A stretch of DNA of 64,000 nt from an uncultured Chloroflexia bacterium. GTDB taxonomy: Bacteria > Chloroflexota > Chloroflexia > QHBQ01 > JADMIH01. Position 1 is the stretch's first letter. Each line of letters opens with the position of its first letter. A model generated the notes under the pieces. It was not told the DNA's origin, ran no database searches, and saw nothing but the letters and a program-made list of their open reading frames with translations. The translations under genes were made by a program, and so were the position numbers. The stretch covers positions 192,001 to 256,000 of the forward strand of contig CAWCNY010000001.1 in assembly GCA_963797095.1 (NCBI GenBank), in the 5' to 3' direction. Below are positions 34,310-44,597 of the stretch, piece after piece.

Positions 34310-34381
34310 CCCTTACCCCTTTCCGGCGAATTACAAGTTGCCCGTTTGTGCGGATTGTAAATTGTAATTCGAAAGTACGAA

Positions 34382-34693
34382 CTAGACGTTGATCTCTTTG
34401 ATAGAGAGCATTGTAAGGTTCTGCCTGTGGCCCGTTTTGCGGCGATACCGCTTCTTGGGCTTGAACTTGAAGACTATGAGCTTCTTGCCCCTGCCCTGGC
34501 GCAGGACTGTGGCGATCACCTTTGCGCCTTCAACGAGCGGGGTGCCGACTTGCGTACCCTCATCGTTGCTGACCATCAATACCTCGCCAAGCTCAACCTG
34601 GCTTCCAGGTTCGGCTTCGAGCCTCTCGACTTCGATTGTATCACCGGGTGCTACTCTGTACTGGTGGCCGCCGGTGCGAATAATCGCGTACAC
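34382..34693 (-). CDS. rplU: 50S ribosomal protein L21
   Basis: [25 protein letters not shown]. Confidence 0.97.
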   Translation of the reverse strand: MYAIIRTGGHQYRVAPGDTIEVERLEAEPGSQVELGEVLMVSNDEGTQVGTPLVEGAKVIATVLRQGRGKKLIVFKFKPKKRYRRKTGHRQNLTMLSIKEINV

Positions 34694-34731
34694 CGTTTAT
34701 CCTCCGCTCATTGTTTGGGTCACAGCCTCTA

Positions 34732-34760
34732 ATTATACGATTTGGGTGGGGCTTTGTCAA
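34732..34760 (-). promoter_or_regulatory. Perfect sigma70 promoter TTGACA-17-TATAAT for rplU operon
   Basis: Consensus read directly. Confidence 0.9.
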
Positions 34761-34824
34761 GCGTGCGCGCGCGTGCCTCGGCGCGTCAAGTTAGAGTTGC
34801 TGAAGGAGGAAGGGTTGATGTTAT

Positions 34825-36780
34825 TTAGAGGTCGTTGGGGTTGGTGGGGCGCTCGGTAGTGGCAAACTCAATCCAGAATGTGCTGCCTTCTCCCATTTTG
34901 CTTTCTACGCCTATGGTACCGCTCATGGCCTCTACGAGGCGTTGGGAGAGCGCCAGACCCAGGCCCGTGCCTTCGATGGGAGAGTTCTCGGCGCCCAGGC
35001 GGTCGAATGGAGTGAAAAGGCGTGCGAGTTTTTGGGGTGAAATGCCCGGCCCGGTATCGGAGATCGAGATGCGCAGCCTGTTTGCCGTGGATCCTTCTGT
35101 CGGGGAGCCGGTTGTTGGGGTGGGATGTATTGTCGCAGGCTCCTCGGTGTATGAGATGGTGACGCTGCCGCCGGGACTGTTGTACTTAATCGCGTTCGAC
35201 AGCAGGTTCAGGATGGCCTGGTGAAGATGCCGGCGGTCTGCGGATATATAAGGGCCACCCAGCAAGGGGTCGCCGCCCAAGGGGATGTTGGCGACCATTT
35301 CTACGGAGTATTCAGAGGCTAAGGGCTGCATCGCATCCACGCATTCGTGGAGTACCGCGCCGATTGACACAGGCTCTATGAAGATACGAAGACGGTTTTG
35401 GTCGATGCGGCTGATTTCGAGCACCTCGTCTACCAGGCCGAGCAGACGGCGACCGGCCTTGAGGACGAGGTCGAGGTGCTCGTGCTGATCGGCTCTCACA
35501 CCGTCCATTTGGACCAACTCGGTGAAACCGAGGATGGCATTGAGAGGGGTGCGGAACTCGTGGCTCATGCGAGAGAGGAATTCGCTTTTGGTCCGATTTG
35601 CCTGTTCGGCGACCTCGGTGGCCCGGCGCAACTCCTCGATGCGCTTGTGCTCGCTAATGTCGCGCACGATAGCTGAGGCGCCGAAGATCGTACCGCTGCT
35701 GTCCTTCATGGGCGAAATGGCCAGGGACACATCAACCAGCCTACCATCTTTGGCCTGGCGAACAGTCTCATAGGGAAGCACATTCCTGCCCTGCCTGATC
35801 AAATCGAGGTTGTCTGCATACTCAGAGGTAGAGTCGATAGGAATGAGCAGGCTCGCGGATTTACCGATCATCTCAGCAGTTGTATAGCCGAACAGGCGCT
35901 CGGCCCCGGCATTCCAGCTTGTGATCGTTGCATCCAGTGTTACGCTGAAAATAGCATCGTCCGAGGACTCGACTATGGCAGCGAGTCGGGCCAGGGCCTG
36001 TTCGGACTGTTTGCGCTCGGTTATGTCGCGTGATACGCCGAATGTGCCTGCGACTTGGCCTTCAGAATCCCACAGCGGCATTTTCGTTGTGAGAACCCAT
36101 GTCTCGTGCCCATCCGGCCAGATCTCTCGCTCTTCCTTTGCCAGAATGGGCACGCCTGTCTCTACTATTCGCTGCTCATCTTCAAGGGACGCTTTTGCAA
36201 GTTCTTTTGAAAAGAGATCAAAGTCGGACTTACCTATCGCTTCTTCGGGACCAACCAGTCCAACGTCCATGGCGAGATTCTTGTTGATGCGCGTGAACTT
36301 GCTTTCCCTATCCTTGAAGTAGATGCTGTCGGGTAGATTTTCCATGAGGGCATGGAGCAGGTAGTGCTCAAAGGCCAGAGCATCTTCGGCGCGACTACGA
36401 GCAGCCGTCAGCCTGTGAAGTAGCTCCGCGATGAAAAGGAACGTCGGAAAGTAGGCAAGGGCAAGTATGATCGGGTAGCCTGAATATTCGTCCAGAAACA
36501 AGATACTGAAGGCACCGACAACACTATATTCAGCGGCGAGTACAAGATAGACACGTGATCTGTAGTAGGCAGCCGCCAGCAGCATCGGTATTAGTGCTAC
36601 TGCCATCAGGGGGTGTAGATCGTCGTTGAGGAAAAGTACTGCGACGATGGCGAGCAGGAGAAGAGTGTAGGATGCGATGAGACGCCCAGGCGTCAAGGAC
36701 CGGGCAGCGGCGATGAACCCGGCAAGCAGACGACCCCACAAAGTGGGAGTGGCTGCTTGGGTTTGTTTTGGCGATATCAT
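34825..36780 (-). CDS. Membrane PAS-PAS sensor histidine kinase
   Basis: TMs, two PAS/PAC domains, SHEFRTPLN, NLLSNAIKYN, GTGLGL. Confidence 0.9.
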   Translation of the reverse strand: MISPKQTQAATPTLWGRLLAGFIAAARSLTPGRLIASYTLLLLAIVAVLFLNDDLHPLMAVALIPMLLAAAYYRSRVYLVLAAEYSVVGAFSILFLDEYSGYPIILALAYFPTFLFIAELLHRLTAARSRAEDALAFEHYLLHALMENLPDSIYFKDRESKFTRINKNLAMDVGLVGPEEAIGKSDFDLFSKELAKASLEDEQRIVETGVPILAKEEREIWPDGHETWVLTTKMPLWDSEGQVAGTFGVSRDITERKQSEQALARLAAIVESSDDAIFSVTLDATITSWNAGAERLFGYTTAEMIGKSASLLIPIDSTSEYADNLDLIRQGRNVLPYETVRQAKDGRLVDVSLAISPMKDSSGTIFGASAIVRDISEHKRIEELRRATEVAEQANRTKSEFLSRMSHEFRTPLNAILGFTELVQMDGVRADQHEHLDLVLKAGRRLLGLVDEVLEISRIDQNRLRIFIEPVSIGAVLHECVDAMQPLASEYSVEMVANIPLGGDPLLGGPYISADRRHLHQAILNLLSNAIKYNSPGGSVTISYTEEPATIHPTPTTGSPTEGSTANRLRISISDTGPGISPQKLARLFTPFDRLGAENSPIEGTGLGLALSQRLVEAMSGTIGVESKMGEGSTFWIEFATTERPTNPNDL

Positions 36781-36973
36781 GTGAATTATTTATTCCAGAT
36801 ATAGCGGTGCAGGCACCAGGATTGCACCGCCGTAGTGTTATGAACGAGAAATGATATTTCGTATTGAGCAGGCGTGGCAGAGCCAGCCTTGCTATTATGC
36901 TAGCAGACTATCTCTGGCGATTCAATGGCCTAATGGTAACAAGCGGCTAATACCGGGATCGCGCCGGTCCTAC

Positions 36974-37345
36974 TCAATTCGGTTGCGGGATGTGCGTGGA
37001 TATTTCTGAAAAGAGGAGATCTAGGTCAAATGGTTTTTGCAGGTAGCCGGCAGCGCCGATATCGTTGGCCGCCTGCTGGGCATTGGTATGGCCTGTCATT
37101 ACGAGGATAGGAGTGCCGACGGAGCGGGCGCGCAATACAGAGGCAACCTGCCAGCCGGTGACGCCGGGCATTTGCATATCGAGCAGGATAAGGTCAACCT
37201 GTACATAGGCAAGGATGTCGAGGGCGGCAGCGCCATCGGTTGCACCCACGGCAAAATAGCCCTCCTCCGTTAAGGCCTGAGTGATAGTTTCGATCAGGGC
37301 GGGTTCATCATCCACCACAAGTATCGATCCTCTTATGTCTGTCAT
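36974..37345 (-). CDS. Single-domain response regulator
   Basis: VVDDE, LDMQMP, LQKPF. Confidence 0.87.
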   Translation of the reverse strand: MTDIRGSILVVDDEPALIETITQALTEEGYFAVGATDGAAALDILAYVQVDLILLDMQMPGVTGWQVASVLRARSVGTPILVMTGHTNAQQAANDIGAAGYLQKPFDLDLLFSEISTHIPQPN

Positions 37346-37497
37346 AGTGCCCTCCCGACGAAGGCAACGCCATAAAACTACCGTATATTGCAGGCCGCCC
37401 TGAAAATGGACCTCCTGACAAACGGGTTACTTGCTCGATATGCACCTGTTCTGCCCCTTGAGTATAGAGCGGCGTCAATTCATAGTCAATAGGGAAT

Positions 37498-37689
37498 TCA
37501 CTCTGCAACGCGAAAAACGAGCCAAAGATCGAAGCCGAGCACGCCCAGAAGGCCACAAGCAAGCAAAATCCAGGCAGCCCAACGCGGAATATCGAGGCCG
37601 AGCGCGCGTGGATTGCGCAACAGGTAATACCCGAAGATGATACCGCCTGTGCTCACCACGAACATAAGGATCGGAAGCATGGTGCTCAT
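37498..37689 (-). CDS. Small two-TM membrane protein
   Basis: 63 aa with two hydrophobic helices, downstream of the kinase. Confidence 0.5.
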   Translation of the reverse strand: MSTMLPILMFVVSTGGIIFGYYLLRNPRALGLDIPRWAAWILLACGLLGVLGFDLWLVFRVAE

Positions 37690-37733
37690 GAGTGCTTGTG
37701 GTTGTATTTGACCGATCCGATAGATCTCTACTG

Positions 37734-39632
37734 CTAGAAGAAGAGATTACCGAAAGTGAAGGGTTGGCGATATTGCAGGCGTGTGCCGGTGGTGATCATC
37801 AATTCCTGGATCGGGACGCCACGCTGGTCGTTGTCGCCCGCCGAGGCCGCGAAACCGATAGCCGCGCCGGGCCGGGGCCGGAACGAGTTGAGGGCCTGCC
37901 AGGGCACGGAAGCTTCCAGGGTGTAGCCGGCGGGATTATCGGTGCGGGGTTGGGCGGCGACGTGTACGATGGCGTTGCGGGCGTCGGACCTGTCGGGGTT
38001 CCAGAAAACAGCCTCAGGTGCGAGTCCCGCGAAGTCGCCGGGGGAGAGGCCAAGCTGAAAATCGTCGTCATTAGCCTCGCGCACCGCGAAGTCGCCTGCC
38101 AGGTCGGTGTCGAACCAGATCTCTATATCGTCACCTTTATAGAGGTCGTAGCCCCGCGTGCGGGCGAATTGGACGTGCACATTGTCGGTGATGGTGGCAC
38201 CGACGTAGAAATTAGAATCGTCCCAGGCGAAGAAGAATGAGGCGCTGAGGTCGTCGGGGCCGCCCCATTCGCGGTCTTTCTTGTAAGTGATGTTGGAGGC
38301 AGCGAAGGGAGGGCCTGCACCATCCCAATCGGCGAGGTCGCCGTCGATGATGGGAGGGATGAGGGCCTGGGGGATGCTGAGGTCGGGGCCGTTGTCGGTG
38401 CGGGTTGACCCGGCGTAGCTAGGCGGGCCGGGGGCCTTGAAGCGGGCGTTTTCGCCTCCGGCATGGCCCAGGAAGAGGCCAAGCGCGCTAAGGAGCACGA
38501 CCGCGCCCACGGCGAGCAGAAGCAAAGCGATCACCACGGCAGATATGCGGCTGGCGTCGCGTGGCGGGGCAATAACGGCGGTATTGGCTTTTGGAGGGGC
38601 GGCACCGATCGCGAGTTGTGGCCTGTTGGGGCGGTTTGTGGGCGGGTTCGCGGTTGATATGGGCGCGGAGACAGGGCCTGTGGGACGCCTGGAGCCGTTG
38701 GTACCGGGGTAGCGATTTACTGTCGAGCCGTTGCGCGATGGGGCGTGGTCGGTGGGGGCTGACCGTATGTTGTTGGTGCCTGGTAGGGGGGTGCCCGTGG
38801 GGAGCCACTGTGCGACGGCTGCCAGGTCGCGGGCGAGGTCGAGGGGGTCGGAGTATCTAACGGCGGGATTCTTGGCGAGAGCGCGGTCGAGGATGGGTTG
38901 GAGGTCGGAGGGGAGGCGTGAATTGACGGTGCGTAGGGAAGGCGGTTTTTCGTGTACCTGCCGGTAGAGGACGGTGGCGGTGTGCTCGCTGGCGAAAGGC
39001 GGCTTGCCTGTGAGCATCTCGAAGAGGACCACGCCGAGCGAGTAGACATCGGAGCGCGGCTCGGCGGGCCTGCCGCTGATCTGCTCAGGGGCGAGGTAGT
39101 CGGCGGTGCCCATGACGTGCCCGACAGCGGTGAGGGAGGATTGGGCGTTGTCGGCGGCGCGGGCGATACCAAAATCTGTGAGGAGGACCGTGCCGTCAGG
39201 CTCGACCAGGATGTCGCCCGGCTTAACATCGCGGTGGATCACACCGTGGGTATGGGCGTAGTGGAGGGCGGAGGCAATCGGCTCGATGATGCGGAGGGCC
39301 ACGTCGATTGGCAGCGCGCCGTTGTCGCGGAGAATATCGCGCAGGGTGGTGCCCTGTACGTAACGCATGGCCATATAGTGGAGGCTGCCCGCCTGTTCTA
39401 CGTCATAGACGCGCACGATTGCCGGGTGCTCAAGGTTGGCCGAGGTGACAGCTTCCCGGCGGAAGCGCTCGACCGCCTTAGGGTCGATGGCGAGGGCGGG
39501 TTCGAGCACCTTGATGGCGACCGAGCGGTTGAGGGCCGTGTCGTGCGCGCGATAGACCGCTGCCATTCCGCCCCTGCCGATGAGGGATTCGATCTGGTAT
39601 TTGCCTAGGCGGCGGCCTACGAGAGTATCCAT
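37734..39632 (-). CDS. Hanks-type Ser/Thr kinase with TM and extracellular CBM9/DOMON-like domain
   Basis: GRGGMAAVY, VAIK, HRDVKPGD, DFG, APE; C-terminal IDGDLADW..AWDDSNFY...GDDIEIWFD..YTLEASVPW. Confidence 0.85.
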   Translation of the reverse strand: MDTLVGRRLGKYQIESLIGRGGMAAVYRAHDTALNRSVAIKVLEPALAIDPKAVERFRREAVTSANLEHPAIVRVYDVEQAGSLHYMAMRYVQGTTLRDILRDNGALPIDVALRIIEPIASALHYAHTHGVIHRDVKPGDILVEPDGTVLLTDFGIARAADNAQSSLTAVGHVMGTADYLAPEQISGRPAEPRSDVYSLGVVLFEMLTGKPPFASEHTATVLYRQVHEKPPSLRTVNSRLPSDLQPILDRALAKNPAVRYSDPLDLARDLAAVAQWLPTGTPLPGTNNIRSAPTDHAPSRNGSTVNRYPGTNGSRRPTGPVSAPISTANPPTNRPNRPQLAIGAAPPKANTAVIAPPRDASRISAVVIALLLLAVGAVVLLSALGLFLGHAGGENARFKAPGPPSYAGSTRTDNGPDLSIPQALIPPIIDGDLADWDGAGPPFAASNITYKKDREWGGPDDLSASFFFAWDDSNFYVGATITDNVHVQFARTRGYDLYKGDDIEIWFDTDLAGDFAVREANDDDFQLGLSPGDFAGLAPEAVFWNPDRSDARNAIVHVAAQPRTDNPAGYTLEASVPWQALNSFRPRPGAAIGFAASAGDNDQRGVPIQELMITTGTRLQYRQPFTFGNLFF

Positions 39633-39698
39633 TGTAATTGCGAACTACGGGCTACGGACCGGGGATTGCAGGCAGCAGCGGTAATTCATGAAGTGTGA

Positions 39699-41024
<1,326 letters not shown>

Positions 41025-41077
41025 CTACGGGCATGATAAACCATAGGCAGGGGTTTGTAAAGAATGGACGAGTCGGA

Positions 41078-42919
41078 TCACGTTTCGGCCAGGGGGAGCG
41101 TGAACCAGAAGGTGCTGCCTTCACCGGCGTTGGGGCGCATACCGGTTTCGCCGCCGTGGGCACTGACTATCTCGGCGCTGACGTAGAGGCCGAGGCCGAG
41201 GCCGCGCCTTTGCCTGGAGGACTGTATACCTTCGGGCGAGGGCGGGTCGGGGATGGGGCCGAAATAGCGGCTGAAGAGGTAGGGGCGCTGGTGATCGGCG
41301 ATGCCAGGGCCATGATCTGTGATTTCCACGCGTGCTTTGCCATCCTGTTGGCTCAGGGAGAGATAGACAGTGGAGCCGGTTGGCGAGTAGCGAAGGGCAT
41401 TGTCGAGCAGGTTGGTGATCACCTGCTCGATGCGGGTGGGGTCCCAGTCGCCGACAAGCTCCAGGGGCGTGGATAGCTCTATTTGGTGAGTACCGGCGTC
41501 GGTGGTCTGGGCGTTGGCTACAGCTTCTTCGGCCATCTTAGCCAGATCGGTGCGCGATTTTTCCAGGGTGAGCCTGCCCAGTTGGATGCGCGAGGCGTCC
41601 AGGAGCCGCACAATCAGCTTGGTGAGGCGGTCGATTTGCCTGCTCATTTCGCCCAGGTGGCGCTCTATTGTGGGGAGGGCGTCGTCGGGCCTGGTAGCGC
41701 CTGCTTTGACCTTCGCCAGGGTGCGCTGGACGAGGTGGTTATAGCCGACGAGGGCGGCCAGGGGATTGCGAAGCTCGTGTGCGGCGATGGCGATGAATTC
41801 ATCCTTGCGCCGATCTATGAGCTTGAGTTGGGTAATGTCTTGAAGGAGGGTGACGCTGGAGGTGACGTTACCCTGCTTATCCTTGATGGGTGCGGAACTG
41901 ACCATCAGGTGTTTGGTGCCGCTTTCGGGGCGGGTGGTAATCAATTCGACATCCTGAACGGTACGACCTTCCTGCAAACCTCTCGCGATGGGGGCGGTGT
42001 CAACAGTGATGATGCTACCATCGGGATGGCGCAGGTCGAAGTACTGGATGCGCTCTCCACGGGTCATTTTATTCCAGACTTTGGCCGGGAAAATCTGTTC
42101 GGCGGCCTGATTCTGGAGGATGACATTGCTTTCGGGCGAATTTAGCACCCGGACGGCGATAGGCAGGTTATTTACAACGGTCTGCAACTGCTGGTGTTCG
42201 GTTTCGATGCGACGGGTAGCCTCCATTTCCAGTCGCAACTCACGCCTGGCGGTGCGCATCGTGAGGATCGCGCCGCCGAGGGCCAGGAGACCGAGCACGA
42301 CGATAACCACGAGTTCGAGCCAGCGGATGTCGTTTAGCTCATCGCTGTAGCGGCGTAACTGCTGGGTAATTGTGCCGTTGAGAGTGCGTCCGGCAGCGCG
42401 GAAGGTATCAAAAAGATCCTTACCCTGATCGTTGGTAGCGGCATCAAAGGCATCTCCGGTCCTCCCAAGGCGGCGATTATCGATCTGAGGCTCGGCCCAC
42501 TCATTTTGCCAGGTATCGGCGGCTGCCTGGAGATTCTGGGCCTGCTTTTGGAGGAGGTCGCGAGTAGTTTCATCGAGGTTTTGAAGGCTGTCGATCTGGT
42601 TGTTGAGATCTGTCCGGAGTTGGGGCAGGGTATGTTGGGTGGAGGTATACGGCTGCAGGAAGTCTTCATCCCCTGAGATGATGAAGCCTCTCACGCTGGT
42701 CTCCATGTCGAGGAGGGCGCTGTTAGTCTCGCGCTCGGTAAAGAGGAGGTCCTCGGCGCGCTGGGTGTTGTTATAGGCTTCGCGTCCCAGCAATTCGGTG
42801 TAGATGACCACAATAACCAGCGCGGCCAGGAAGAGGATGAGCGCGCCTATCATGGTGGGCGTGCTGCGTGCGGGTATGCGCCTGGGTGCACCTACAGGAA
42901 GAGTGCCGGGTCCGGACAT
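41078..42919 (-). CDS. CHASE3-PAS sensor histidine kinase
   Basis: DMETSVRGFIISGDEDFLQPY (CHASE3), AHELRNPL, NLLDNALRYS, GLGLGL. Confidence 0.9.
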   Translation of the reverse strand: MSGPGTLPVGAPRRIPARSTPTMIGALILFLAALVIVVIYTELLGREAYNNTQRAEDLLFTERETNSALLDMETSVRGFIISGDEDFLQPYTSTQHTLPQLRTDLNNQIDSLQNLDETTRDLLQKQAQNLQAAADTWQNEWAEPQIDNRRLGRTGDAFDAATNDQGKDLFDTFRAAGRTLNGTITQQLRRYSDELNDIRWLELVVIVVLGLLALGGAILTMRTARRELRLEMEATRRIETEHQQLQTVVNNLPIAVRVLNSPESNVILQNQAAEQIFPAKVWNKMTRGERIQYFDLRHPDGSIITVDTAPIARGLQEGRTVQDVELITTRPESGTKHLMVSSAPIKDKQGNVTSSVTLLQDITQLKLIDRRKDEFIAIAAHELRNPLAALVGYNHLVQRTLAKVKAGATRPDDALPTIERHLGEMSRQIDRLTKLIVRLLDASRIQLGRLTLEKSRTDLAKMAEEAVANAQTTDAGTHQIELSTPLELVGDWDPTRIEQVITNLLDNALRYSPTGSTVYLSLSQQDGKARVEITDHGPGIADHQRPYLFSRYFGPIPDPPSPEGIQSSRQRRGLGLGLYVSAEIVSAHGGETGMRPNAGEGSTFWFTLPLAET

Positions 42920-43004
42920 ATGGATATGAACCTTTCCAGAGTGGCCGGTCTGTCAAGGCAACTATAACGAGATGGTTGTTGGGTTGTCAAGACGAGGAGG
43001 TGAT

Positions 43005-43126
43005 GCGTGATACGTGATACGTGAGCATGGCAGAGCGGTTACTGCGTATTGCGTTATCCCGTACTGCATATCCCGTACTGCATATCCCGTACTGCATATT
43101 GCGCAATCACGTATCACGTATCACGC
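43005..43126. repeat. 122-bp element with 20-bp perfect terminal inverted repeats built of CGTGATA heptamers, enclosing (TATCCCGTACTGCA)x3
   Basis: GCGTGATACGTGATACGTGA (43005-43024) is the reverse complement of 43107-43126; 14-mers at 43055-43096. Confidence 0.85.
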
Positions 43127-43149
43127 CGCCCTTACAGCGGTCGTGTAAA

Positions 43150-43183
43150 TGTGGATAAGTTCGGGGGCTGCAATTGTGGATAG
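43150..43183 (-). promoter_or_regulatory. Two DnaA-box-like 9-mers (TTATCCACA exact; CTATCCACA)
   Basis: TGTGGATAA at 43150-43158, TGTGGATAG at 43175-43183. Confidence 0.35.
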
Positions 43184-43255
43184 CGCGTCGGGGAGGGGGA
43201 CAGCGTTGCTATACTCAAAGCTCGAATCGCCCTCGCGGGGCTTGCGGTCGCAGCG

Positions 43256-44473
43256 ATGAGAAACGAAGGCGGTGGAAGCGGGAAGTGGGAAGCAGTGCCA
43301 CTCTTCCGCCCTCCGGATCGGGTCCTGATGACGATGCTTGGACGTATCTCAGCGCGGACAGGTGTTCGCCGAAACAGTGTAGAGGCTCTTGGAAGTGAGC
43401 GCAACGACGTGGGGAAGGTGTTGGGCCGCTTGCGGCTACGCCGGCGCTCCAATGGGCGTCCCTCCGAGTCTGGCGTGGCGCACGAGGATGGGGCAGTCCC
43501 CAGTCGCTTCGAGCCTGTGCGCCTTAGCCCTGTGGAGCCCGCTCGCAGATGGCCGCTTTCGGTCGGGCGCAAGCCGCATAGCCGCGTTCAGGCGGTGCGG
43601 CATGGGGTCTCTCTGCCGGGTGAAGCCGCCAGGGAGGAGCCGAAGGCGGCGTCCAGACGTAAGGGCAGGGCGGGCGCGGGGCGAGCGTTTGATAGGGCGC
43701 TGCTGGCGCTCGAAATGGTGGGCGCGCTGGTGATAGCGTGGCTGGCCTTCCAGTACATTTACACGGTCTATATCGATACAGGTCCTAAGCGGTTGACGGG
43801 GACTGGCGAGAATGTGGTGGTTGCTCCGCCGGTTGTGCGGGCCACCCAGACGCCGACTTTGCTCCCCTCGCCTACGGCTACACGCTTTGTGCAACTGTTG
43901 CCGCCTATGACGGGTGATGGGCCTGACCAGGATAGCGAAGGTGAGCTTGTGGGGAAGGCAACGGCGATGCCTAGTTCTACGCCTACTACTATATTTACGG
44001 CCACCCCGACAGCGACGGCCGCCCCGACAGCGACGGCCGCCCCGACCGCTACGATTGACCCGCAGTCGCTGCTGCCGAACCGGTTGCGAATCCCGGTGAT
44101 GTTCCTGGACAGCCCGGTGCACGAGGTAACGATCAACCTGGGCCAGTGGGAAGTGTCGCCAATGGATATCGGGCATCACGAGGGCACAGCCAACCCTGGC
44201 GAGACGGGAAACGTGGTGCTGGCGGGACACAGGGATATAAACTCGGCGCTGTTTCGCGACCTGGACAGGCTGAAGCCGGGAGATGAGGTGTTTGTGAGCA
44301 ATGCGCTTGGAGAGTATCGCTACATAGTTAAGGAGAGCTTTGAGGTCAGCCCCGACGAGGCATGGGTGATGGATAAGACGGATGACATGCGGGTGACGCT
44401 GATCACCTGCACGCCCATCGGAATAGATACCAGGCGGCTGGTGGTAGTGGCAGTGCTGGACGAAGGACAGTAG
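43256..44473 (+). CDS. Sortase (class D/E-like); start uncertain
   Basis: TM, PT-rich linker, GNVVLAGHRD, VTLITC..R catalytic triad. Confidence 0.88.
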   Translation: MRNEGGGSGKWEAVPLFRPPDRVLMTMLGRISARTGVRRNSVEALGSERNDVGKVLGRLRLRRRSNGRPSESGVAHEDGAVPSRFEPVRLSPVEPARRWPLSVGRKPHSRVQAVRHGVSLPGEAAREEPKAASRRKGRAGAGRAFDRALLALEMVGALVIAWLAFQYIYTVYIDTGPKRLTGTGENVVVAPPVVRATQTPTLLPSPTATRFVQLLPPMTGDGPDQDSEGELVGKATAMPSSTPTTIFTATPTATAAPTATAAPTATIDPQSLLPNRLRIPVMFLDSPVHEVTINLGQWEVSPMDIGHHEGTANPGETGNVVLAGHRDINSALFRDLDRLKPGDEVFVSNALGEYRYIVKESFEVSPDEAWVMDKTDDMRVTLITCTPIGIDTRRLVVVAVLDEGQ

Positions 44474-44575
44474 TTCCAAGTTCCAAGTTCCAAGTTCCAA
44501 GTTGATGGTAGTCGGAGGACGAGTGACGAGTGACGAGTGACGCAATACGCAATACGCAATACGTCACGTACCACG
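44472..44575 (+). repeat. Composite heptamer array: (AGTTCCA)x4, GGTAGTC, (GACGAGT)x3, (ACGCAAT)x3, CACGTAC
   Basis: Several different period-7 arrays joined end to end, starting in the sortase stop codon. Confidence 0.92.
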
Positions 44576-44597
44576 CTCCGTCCCAGGAGGACACGGT

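Noticed and set aside
43055-43096. Possible CRISPR array from the 14-bp repeats or other arrays
   Set aside because: Repeats are directly tandem with no unique spacers, too short, and no cas genes are present
43150-43183. Replication origin suggested by DnaA boxes
   Set aside because: Only two boxes, no AT-rich unwinding element, and no dnaA/dnaN nearby
43995-44055. 18-bp repeats inside the sortase as a mobile repeat
   Set aside because: They encode an ordinary PTATAA linker typical of secreted proteins in this kind of genome
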